DNA of 64,000 bases, from positions 21,080,001 to 21,144,000 of the forward strand of contig NC_042997.1 in NCBI RefSeq assembly GCF_006345805.1, given 5' to 3'. Position 1 is the first letter of the stretch, and the number at the start of each line of letters is the position of its first letter. The notes under the pieces were generated by a model that ran no database searches, was not told where the DNA came from, and was given only the letters and a program-made list of their open reading frames with translations. Source of the stretch: Octopus sinensis. Lineage: Eukaryota. Both the position numbers and the translations under genes were made by a program. Shown here in pieces: positions 10,901-21,913 of the stretch.

Positions 10901-13900
10901 ACCAGCAAGGGTGCCTTTTTACATATCACCAGCATGGGTTCCTTTTACATGTTACCAGCATAGGTATCTTTTACATGTCACCAGCATGGGTACCTTTTAC
11001 ATGTCACCAGCATGGGTACCTTTTACATGTCACCAGCATGGGTTCCTTTTACATGTCGCCAGCATAGGTGTCTTTTACATGTCACCAGCATGGGTACCTT
11101 TTACATGTCACCAGCATGTGTGCCTTTTACATGTCACCAGCATGGGCGCCTTTTACATGTCACCAGCATGGGCGCCATTTATGTCACCAGCATGGGTACC
11201 TTTTATATGTCACCAGCATGGGTGCCTTTTACATGTCACCAGCATGGGTACCTTTTACATGTCACCAGCATGGGTTCCTTTTACATGTCACCAGCATGGG
11301 TTCCATTTACATGTCACCAGCACGGGTACCTTTTACATGTCACCAGCACGGGTACCTTTTTACATGTCACCAGCATGGGTGCCTTTTACATGTCACCAGC
11401 ATGGGTGCCTTTTACATGTCACCAGCATGGGTGCCTTTCACATGTCACCAGCATGGGTGCCTTTCACATGTCACCAGCATGGGTGCCTTTTACATGTCAC
11501 CAGCATGGGTATCTTTTACACGTCACCAGCATGGGTTCCTTTTACATGTAACCAGCATGGGTACCTTTTACATGTCACCAGTATGGGTACCTTTTACATG
11601 TCACCAGCATGGGTGCCTTTTACATGTCACCAGCATGGGTGCCTTTTACATGTCACCAGCATGGGTACCTTTTAAATGTCACTAGCATGGGTTCCTTTTA
11701 CATGTCACCAGTATGGGTTCCTTTTACATGGCACCAGCATGGGTACCTTTTTACATGTCACCAGCATGGGTGCCTGTTACATGTCACCAGCATGAGTGCC
11801 TTTTACATGTCACCAGCATGGGTGCCTTTCACATGTCACCATCATGGGTGCCTTTCACATGTCACCAGCATGGGTACCTTTTACATGTCACCAGCATAGG
11901 TATCTTTTACATGTCACCAGCATGGGTTCCTTTTACATGTCACCAGCATGGGTTCCTTTTACATTTCACCGGCATGGGTACCTTTTACATGTCACCAGCA
12001 TAGGTATCTTTTACATGTCACCAGCATGGGTTCCTTTTACATGTCACCAGCATAGGTATCTTTTACATGTCACCAGCATGGGTACCTTTTACATGTCACC
12101 AGCATGGGTACCTTTTACATATCACCAGCATGGGTACCTTTTACATGTCACCACCATGGGTTCCTTTTACATGTCACCAGCATAGGTATCTTTTACATGT
12201 CACCAGCATGGGTTCCTTTTACATGTCGCCAGCATAGGTATCTTTTACATGTCACCAGCATGGGTTCCTTTTACATGTCACCAGCATGGGTACCTTTTAC
12301 ATGTCACCAGCATGGGTGCCTTTTTACATGTCACCAGCATTGGTACCTTTTACATGTCACCAGCATGGGTACCTTTTACATGTCACCAGCATGGGTTCCT
12401 TTTACATGTCACCAGCATGGGTGCCTTTTACATGTCACCAGCATGGGTACCTTTTACATGTCACCAGCATAGGTATCTTTTACATGTCACCAGCATGGGT
12501 ACCTTTTACATGTCACCAGCATGGGTTCCTTTTACATGTCACCAGCATAGGTATCTTTTACATGTCACCAGCATGGGTTCCTTTTACATGTCACCAGCAT
12601 GGGTACCTTTTACATGTCACCAGCATAGGTATCTTTTACATGTCACCAGCATGGGTATCTTTTACATGTCACCAGCATAGGTTCCTTTTACATGTCACCA
12701 GCATAGGTATCTTTTACATGTCACCAGCATAGGTATCTTTTACATGTCACCAGCATGGGTACCTTTTACATGTCACCAGCATGGGTGCCTTTTACATGTC
12801 ACCAGCATGGGTTCCTTTCTCATGTCACCAGCACGGGTACCTTTCACATGTCACCAGCAAGGGTGCCTTTTTACATGTCACCAGCATGGGTTCCTTTTAC
12901 ATGTCACCAGCATAGGTATCTTTTACATGTCACCAGCATGGGTACCTTTTACATGTCACCAGCATGGGTATCTTTTACATGTCACCAGCATGGGTTCCTT
13001 TTACATGTCACCAGCATAGGTATCTTTTACATGTCACCAGCATGGGTACCTTTTACATGTCACCAGCATGTGTGCCTTTTACATGTCAGCAGCATGGGCG
13101 CCTTTTACATGTCACCAGCATGGGCGCCATTTATATGACACCAGCATGGGTACCTTTTACATGTCACCAGCATGGGTGCCTTTTACATGTCACCAGCATG
13201 GGTACCTTTTACATGTCACCAGCATGGGTTCCTTTTACATGTCACCAGCATGGGTTCCTTTTACATGTCACCAGCATGGGTACCTTTTTACATGTCACCA
13301 GCATGGGTGCCTTTTACATGTCACCAGCATGGGTGCCTTTTACATGTCACCAGCATGGGTGCCTTTCACATGTCACCAGCATGGGTGCCTTTCACATGTC
13401 ACCAGCATGGGTGCCTTTTACATGTCACCAGCATGGGTACCTTTTACATGTCACCAGCATGGGTTCCTTTTACATGTCACCAGAATGGGTTCCTTTTACA
13501 TGTCACCAGCATAGGTATCTTTTACATGTCACCAGCATAGGTACCTTTTACATGTCACCAGCATGGGTTCCTTTCTCATGTCACCAGCATGGGTACCTTT
13601 CACATGTCACCAGCGAGGGTGCCTTTTTACATGTCACCAGCATGGGTTCCTTTTACATGTCACCAGCATAGGTATCTTTTACATGTCACCAGCATGGGTA
13701 CCTTTTACATGTCACCAGCATGGGTATCTTTTACATGTCACCAGCATGGGTTTCTTTTACATGTCACCAGCATAGGTATCTTTTACATGTCACCAGCATG
13801 GGTACCTTTTACATGTCACCAGCATGTGTGCCTTTTACATGTCACCAGCATGGGTGCCTTTTACATGTCACCAGCATGGGCGCCATTTATATGACACCAG

Positions 13901-15371
13901 CATGGGTACCTTTTACATGTCACCAGCATGGGTGCCTTTTACATGTCACCAGCATGGGTACCTTTTACATGTCACCAGCATGGGTTCCTTTTACATGTCA
14001 CCAGCATGGGTACCTTTTTACATGTCACCAGCATGGGTGCCTTTTACATGTCACCAGCATGGGTGCCTTTTACATGTCACCAGCATGGGTGCCTTTCACA
14101 TGTCACCAGCATGGGTGCCCTTCACATGTCACCAGCATGGGTGCCTTTTACATGTCACCAGCATGGGTACCTTTTACATGTCACCAGCATGGGTTCCTTT
14201 TACATGTCACCAGCATGGGTACCTTTTACATGTCACCAGCATGGGTACCTTTTACATGTCACCAGCATGGCTGCCTTTTACATGTCACCAGCATGGGTGC
14301 CTTTTACATGTCACCAGCATGGGTACCTTTTACATGTCACCAGCATGGGTTCCTTTTACATGTCACCAGCATGGGTTCCTTTTACATGTCACCAGCATGG
14401 GTGCCTGTTACATGTCACCAGCATTGGTGCCTTTTACATGTCTTCAGCATGGGTGCCTTTCACATGTCACCAGCATGGGTGCCTTTCACATGTCACCAGC
14501 ATGGGTTCCTTTTACATGTCACCAGCATGGGTACCTTTTACATGTCACCAGCATAGGTATCTTTTACATGTCACCAGCATGGGTTCCTTTTACATGTCAC
14601 CAGCATGGGTACCTTTTACATGTCACCAGCATGGGTGCCTTTTTACATGTCACCAGCATGGGTACCTTTTACATGTCACCAGCATAGGTATCTTTTACAT
14701 GTCACCAGCATGGGTTCCTTTTACATGTCACCAGCATGGGTACCTTTTACATATCACCAGCATGGGTACCTTTTACATGTCACCAGCATGGTATCTTTTA
14801 CATGTCACCAGCATGGGTTCCTTATATATGTCACCAGCATAGGTATCTTTTACATGTCACCAGCATGGGTACCTTTTACATGTCACCAGCATGGGTTCCT
14901 TTTACATGTCACCAGCATAGGTACCTTTTACATGTCACCAGCATAGGTATCTTTTACATGTCACCAGCATGGGTTCCTTTTACATGTCACCAGCATGGGT
15001 GCCTTTTACATGTCACCAGCATGGGTGCCTTTTACATGTCACCAGCATGGGTACCTTTCACATGTCACCAGCATGGGTGCCTTTTTACATGTCACCAGCA
15101 TGGGTGCCTTTTACATGTCACCAGCATGGGTACCTTTCACATGTCACCAGCATGGGTGCCTTTTTACATGTCACCAGCATGGGTGCCTTTTACATGTCAC
15201 CAGCATGGGTACTTTTTACATGTCACCAGCATGGGTACCTTTCACATGTCACCAGCATGGGTGCCTTTTACATGTTACTAGCATGGATGCCTTTTACATG
15301 TCACCAGCATGGGTACCATTTACATGTCACCAGTACAGGTGCCCTTTACATGGATGCCTTTTACTTGTCAC
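7963..15371. repeat. Tandem satellite, 26 bp monomer (CATGTCACCAGCATGGGTRCCTTTTA), about 285 copies
   Basis: Directly visible head-to-tail repeats with no spacers. The ORF track shows the expected 26-aa (3-monomer) periodicity. 7409 bp / 26 is about 285. Confidence 0.97.
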
Positions 15372-15448
15372 AAGTTAAGTGGTATAAAATATTGACAGCC
15401 TCTTATAGCTGGTAAGATAGATATAAACAATGTAGGTGGCATACTGAC

Positions 15449-15522
15449 TGTTTATGGTCATCAGTTTGAGAGGGCAAGACTGATGATCTTGCCTTGCTTT
15501 CATAAACATAGTATAATTACGA
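15449..15522 (-). CDS. Candidate internal exon ([H]RNYTMFMKARQDHQSCPLKLMTIN)
   Basis: GATTTTGTAG | 74 nt | GTCAGT; phase 2 to 1, matching both neighbours. Confidence 0.55.
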
Positions 15523-15714
15523 CTACAAAATCTAAAATCTCTTCTTTTTTTATTTAGATGGTGGCAACTGCCAAATAGTATGGATGTGTACATATATACA
15601 TAAACACACAGATACATATAGATGCACACACACACATAGAAAATTGAGAGTGACAAGGAGAAAGAGTGAAAGATTGATAGATATGCTTGCTAATATGTTT
15701 CTTTATCTACACAC

Positions 15715-15853
15715 TGGTATGAAGACATATTCCAACTCAAATATTGCTCATTCAAGAGTGATTCTAATGGACAATGGTCACAAATAGGACAATGTTCTTG
15801 CACCAGATTTATTTTCCATGTATATGCAGTTGAGATCCATGCATTTCTTTTCA
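15715..15853 (-). CDS. Candidate internal exon ([V]KRNAWISTAYTWKINLVQEHCPICDHCPLESLLNEQYLSWNMSSY)
   Basis: TTTATCTGTTGTGTGATAG | 139 nt | GTGTGT (weaker donor); 45 open codons in AT-rich DNA; phase 1 to 2. Confidence 0.52.
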
Positions 15854-15927
15854 CTATCACACAACAGATAAACAGCTTAATTTGAATTGTTTTAAAGCTA
15901 AATCAAAGACCTTTAAAGGCTATCATA

Positions 15928-16725
15928 TGAGTCAGTATCAAAAGTTCCTGAATTAGTTCTGTAGCGTGCCAACAGCTGACAGCATACAGTTTCATGTACA
16001 GTGAGAGCTAGCAGTGACTTTCTTGAGGCAGTGTACTGAGTGACATTGCTGTGTTTGCTTTGCAAGTTGTGAAATTTGAGTTTTTGTGATCACATGTATG
16101 CTTATAGTATATGATTTTGTCATGGACAGAAACAAATGTGAAATTTTGCCTTAAATTTGGGATGTCTGTTACAGAGACATTGAGCATGCTTCAGCAAGCT
16201 TAAGGTGACAAAGCAATGGGCCGTACACTATGTTTCAAGTGGCATGGGCCACTTCAAAGGCAAAAGAACATCCCCAGAAAATGGTGAGCGATCTGGAAGA
16301 CTGTCATGAGCATCACCCTTGGAAAAGTGGTAGTGTGCATCGAGGATTCATCCCCCAAGGCCAGATCATTGATTCATAGTTCAACTAAGGATTCTTCACA
16401 ACAACAATGCACCCTGTTACCAAGCTCTCCTCACTTGTGAGTTTCTCGTCTAAAACAACATGGTATCACTTCTTCATTCACTCTGTTCACCAGATCTAGT
16501 CCTTACAGACTTCTGTCTCTTCCCTAAGATGAAAAAGAGGCTGAAATCAAGAGTGAATTGCAGAAGGTCCTCAACTTGTTTATGGAAAATGACTTTCAGA
16601 CTGAATTCCAAAAGTGGCAGGAACGCTGGGACCAGTGTATTGCTGTGTAAGGTGATTATTTTGAAGGTAAATAAGTTATTTTTTATTAAACATAGCCAGT
16701 CCAGGAACCTTTTGATACCACCTCG
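15928..16725 (+). mobile_element. Internally deleted, decayed mariner element
   Basis: TA-flanked TIR remnants (TGAGTCAGTATCAAAAGTTCCTG ... CCAGGAACCTTTTGATACCACCTCG). Residual motifs SPDLVLTDFCLFPKMK and WQERWDQCI..GDYFEG are typical of mariner transposase C-termini. Confidence 0.85.
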
Positions 16726-17449
16726 TATCTATTGATTCTCAATATGTTTTGGCAGACTTGAATCTGAACATAATAATTACTGTTGTATTTTGTCTTTTAG
16801 AAAATGTATGTGCACAAAATACTCAATTCATTCACTCAAAGACTTTGAGACAATGTGATGTTTCAACCTTGTTGTGTCTCTTCAATCAAAGCTACCTCTG
16901 GATGAATGAACCACAAACAAGAATGGTAGACATTGTTTACAGAAATCAATAAATAAGTTATTTGCTGATCCATACTGATGTTTGCAAAACTGATAATGAA
17001 TCATCACATGCAAGTAAAAGAGCATAAATCACAACCATGATTTATCTCTTCATTCTTAATATGTTCTTATAGTCCTGAACATGAAGATAATACTAATTAC
17101 AGCTGTACTACATCTTCAGAGAACACTAGCAATTAGTACATTTATGTTTGGGTTTGTTTCAATTCCATACATCAAGTTTTTGCTAACACATACACACACA
17201 AAGACATATAAACACATACACTCAACACTACTGCAACACAGTACATTCAACAGCAATATATAGGGAAACAACAGTTGAAGATATTAAAATTTCATGAAAA
17301 ATAATTAAGAAGTGTATCTATAGAGGCTGTGCTAATAGGAAAATATAGGCCAAAAATCAACAGCGATATGTCACATGCAATAGTAACTATGAAAACTACA
17401 ACAACTTGACAGCTGGATAATTTTTAAGTACAGTATTGGAAAAAAAAAT

Positions 17450-17760
17450 GTGGAGGTGCAATAGCCCAATCGTTAGGGATGCAGACTCATGGTCAGAGGA
17501 TCGCGGCTTTGGTTCCCAGACCGGGCATTGTGTGTGTTTATTGAGCGGAAACACCTAAAGCTCCACGAGGCTCCAGCAGGGGGTGGTGGCAACCCCTGTT
17601 GTACTCTTTTGCCCCGATTTTCTCTCACTTTCTCTTCCTGTTTCTTGAGTAATGCTGCGATGGACTGGTGTCCTGTCCAGCTGGGGAGAACACATACACC
17701 ACAGAAACCGGGAAACTGGGCCCATGAGCCTGGCTAGGCTTGAAAAGGGCACATAAATAA
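17450..17760 (+). mobile_element. SINE family D head joined to a tail shared with the 56898 SINE
   Basis: 5' ~150 bp matches the reverse complement of 42420-42569; the 3' part (GATGGACTGG...GGGCCCATGAGCCTGGCTAGGCTT) matches the reverse complement of 56898-56995. Confidence 0.8.
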
Positions 17761-18139
17761 ATTGAAAACAATAAAGTATAACCAGTATTCCCAAAGTCCT
17801 CTGTGACTCAAAGTAGTGTGCGTAAACAAGATATTCAAACATCATTTCATTCTGAGCTTAGAAACTTTAATGGTTTAATGGATTTAAGAATGCAAATATT
17901 TCAAACTTAATGTAAAGGATTAATAAGAAAATATGAAAATTCCTACACAACAACAGTCATGTTTTTAATAAAACATATACACACACACATATGTACACAC
18001 ACACATACGTACACACACACATACACACCTGCACAGGTAGATTGACAGAGACAGAAAGACAGATAGAATGATGATTAGATAGAGAGGGGAAGATCATAAT
18101 GTAGAAAGATATGCCCCATATAGATGCAGCTGCTAAAAT

Positions 18140-18202
18140 ATACATTGGTAAATTATATATGCATATATATATGTATATATATATATATATAATATATATA
18201 TA

Positions 18203-18289
<87 letters not shown>

Positions 18290-18400
18290 TATACATATAT
18301 ATACACATACACACATACATACATAAACGTACATATACTAATTTATACATGTATATGCAAATGCAAGTATACATATTCACACATACACACACATATATAC
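18140..18400. repeat. Compound (TA)n/(CA)n microsatellite, representative of many in the window
   Basis: Visible. Similar tracts lie near 6120, 23545, 30320, 33340, 34960, 40105, 49075, 51080, 54850-55290, 58445 and 60460. Confidence 0.95.
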
Positions 18401-21123
18401 AGTTATAAAAGATATCTAAATGAATGACTCATATTACAGAACTAATTAGAATAAATATTTGTAGTAAATTAATTTACATAATTTGATAACCAAATTGGAG
18501 ATAATTCTCATCCAAATTACAGCATCATTAGTACATTATTTGAAAATCAGACAAATGATGAATTAGTTAACTGATTCTATCTTGCTAAAATCATAACTTC
18601 TTTGCAGTTGAGTTCACATCATTATTAAGGATATCAAGTAATCAAATGATATACAAAAATATCTGCATTTTGAAAATGCAGACATATATTAATTATGCTT
18701 AACACTTCATAGCATGTAACATATTTCATATTGTTGTGTAAGCAAATCAAGACTTGCTGTGAAGTTAATGAAGTACATGATCAGTGTCTGCAATATCATA
18801 ATTGTAATTATCATTATAATCTTGTTAAGCCTTAATACAGTTGTTTCATGTGTTACGTGGTTGAAGTGTATACGCGTTACATTCTTTTACGTACAGCATG
18901 CCTTATTAATTTAACAAGGTGTTATTCTCTGATTGCAAAATTTTGATTGAATATTAGGACTTTGGCTTGCTAACACTATTTCATCACCTGTAATGCATAA
19001 AAATATTTTACACTGAACGGCATTGTCTATATTATTGAACATACTCCCGTGTGTGGCTTCTATGCTTTCTAAATGTATGTGGTAAACACATCGTATAATC
19101 GATGATTGGTTTAGTTGCTTGCAGTTCAGAATGAAGCATTCTTACAAACCTTTGTTAGACTGGAGCTGTTGATGTTGTTGTTGTTAAGCAACAAGATGGG
19201 TAAGAGTGATTAGGTGATGATCTAGACCTTGGAAAAAAAACAAACAATTTGGTCGTCTTGTTTCAGTCGAGGGCTCTTCATTGACGCCCAACACCACTAG
19301 GAGGTGGCCCTCAAAGTCGCTGGAAATTGAGATCTCCAGGTCCAAATTCTTGAATGGCAGACTGGAGCTTGGAACCTCAGGTATTACCCTGAATAATAGG
19401 TGCAACATGGTTTTAGGTACAGCTACAGGGTTTTAGGTTCAGTTTTAAGTGCATGGTACCTTGAGCTAGTAACTTCTACTACAGCTCCAGGTAAACCAAA
19501 GCCTTGTGAGGAAATATGATTGATGGAAACTGAAAGAGGCCTGTTATTTATGCATATATGTGAGTGTGCATATGTGCCTGCGAACAGATGTGTGTTTGTG
19601 TATGAGTGTGTGTCTGCAAGTGTGTGTGTGTGTGTATTTTTGTATTACTGACTTGACATCACGTGACAGTTGCAATCAAATATTACCAAAATATAATCAG
19701 TGTCCTTTGTTTCCAATTTTCCATAAAAACATGTCCTGCCTTGGAGAAGCATTACCTTGCTGGGAAACAACTGAGGATTGGCATCCAGCTGAGGAAGAGC
19801 ATCCAGGTGAAGAAAATCTGCTTCAATCAATTTTGTCATAACCTATGCAAGAATGAAAATGAGCATTAAAAATAATGATACTTGGTCTACTACAGGAAAG
19901 CAGAAAATCCAACTATTTAAAGACCCACCTATGAATTTTTGTTAACTACACTGTAAAGGCATCTTTATTCAACTAGTAATGTAGGATGTGTCTCTATCCA
20001 TTAATGACTTTTTCAACTGATCATTAACTAAACTACCTCAGTGTATGCAAATAAGGTCTCAAAATGAATAACACTTAAATAGCTAAGCAAAGATGGCAAT
20101 GATGGAAACATTTTCTTCCGTTTTATGAAAAAAAAAAAAATGGTATTATTACAGAATGGTTAAAAGATAAAATTTTAACCTACTTTTAAAATACTGTGTT
20201 TGAAAAAGAAATTCTAATTGAAGCACATTTTGAACTGCATATTGTATAATGCAAGATTAGCAATATGGGCAGATGGGTGTGGTGATTAAGTTAAAAAAAA
20301 CACAAGAATGATATTGAATTTAGTTTGTTAATCATAGTGGCAATCTCTAGGATTTATCTTTTTCCAATGGAACATAATTTAACTGCCATTAAACATTGAA
20401 TATATGCTCGCTACTTAGGTATTGCACTCATTCCTTTTCCATTTGCATTTTATATTCACATATGTTTTGTTTTTGTATTCTTTCCCTTTTTCTTTTGTTG
20501 CTGTAAAAAGAGCAATTTAGATGAATTTTATATAGTGTTTCTTGATATTTAGATTTTAATTTTATAGTCAATCTCAAGTAGAAAAATATAATCAAAGGAT
20601 AAACTTAAAAGCACTAGTTTTACCATAAATTAGATTGCAAGATTAAATTTTCATATAAGTTTTCTCAGTGTAATATATGTATGTATGCATACATGCATGG
20701 ATGTCAGCATCTATATATGTGTAAACATGACGTAAATGTGTGTGCATATATGTTTGTTCATGGATGCATGTGAATGTGTATATATGTATATGTATGTGTG
20801 TATTATACAAATACAAGGTGTATTAGTTGTTATCTATTTTCAAAACAAAAGGTTTCTCTTTTTGCGTATGACGCTTGTGAGGCTGCTCATGCTAGTGAGA
20901 TATGAATAGCAAATGCTGAAAAAGCTGTAAGACTTCAATGAAGTCTGTTCATAAGCCATGTGAAATTTCATGTAAAAACAGCAGAAATTAAGAGAGAGAA
21001 AGCAATGAAAATATCAACTGATCTATGCAAGGGACACAACTGTACTTAAATGTGAGCAATGCAAATAGAGAATGAGTGCTGAGTGAGTAACTGTTATTCA
21101 CTATAAAAGGAAGTTACCCTTAC

Positions 21124-21183
21124 CATACAGGGATTGATGAAAACAATGGAAGAAGCAGGGTAGCAAGATTTCTGGATACTGCA
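21124..21183 (-). CDS. Candidate internal exon ([V]QYPEILLPCFFHCFHQSLY); alternative in-frame acceptor gives upper bound 21171
   Basis: Pyrimidine tract TTCTCTTATTTTGTCC then AG; strong donor G|GTAAGG; phase 1 to 1. Confidence 0.48.
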
Positions 21184-21329
21184 CTTCATGGACAAAATAA
21201 GAGAATATTGCATTGAATGGTGATATATTGCATGGCACATAACCAGTTCATTCCACCACGTAAGCAATAGACAGGAAACCATACAAAAGCACACACACAC
21301 ACACACACACATATATGTATATATGCATA

Positions 21330-21498
21330 AGTTGCTGTATGGTTAGAAGCTTGCTTCCCAGTCACATGGTTCTGGGTTCAGTCCCAATGCATGATACCTC
21401 AGACAAATGTCTTCTATAATACCCCCAGAGTGACCACAGCATTTTGAGTGGATTTGGTTAACAGAAACTGAAAGAAGCCCATCATCTACATACATACA

Positions 21499-21539
<41 letters not shown>

Positions 21540-21900
21540 CATCATAATCATCGTTGTTGTTCAACTTCTGCTTTCCATGCTGGCATGGGTTGGACGGTTG
21601 AATTGAGGACTGATCTGGTCTGGCAAGGTTTCTACAGATGGATGCCTTTCCTAATGCCAACTACTCCAAGTGTGTAGTAGGTGTATTTTGTGTGCCACCA
21701 GCACAAGAGCCAGTCAGGTTGGACTGGCATCAACCACGCTCAAATGGTGCATGCAGGTGCCAGTCAGACAGTACTGGCATCAGCCATGCCAATGATTTCA
21801 CTTGGTTCAACAGGTCTTCTCAAGCACAGTTCTTTGCCCAATGATTGAAGGGTACTCTTAAATGGGCTGGTTATGCAACACTGGTATAGGCCATGGTTAC
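21330..21900. mobile_element. SINE A 5' half (+, 21330-21537) abutting a SINE B copy (-, 21538-21900)
   Basis: GGTTCAGTCCC...GAAACTGAAAGAAGCCC then (TG)n, then (CAT)n...GGATGCCTTTCCTAATGCCAAC. Confidence 0.75.
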
Positions 21901-21913
21901 AGACTCATATATA

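Noticed and set aside
7963-15371. CRISPR array or repeat-spacer system
   Set aside because: Monomers are contiguous with no unique spacers, no cas-like ORF is present, and the context is eukaryotic.
7898-15415. Dozens of long plus-strand ORFs as real genes
   Set aside because: They are the translation of a stop-free 26 bp monomer in all frames, and frequent 1 bp indels switch frames.
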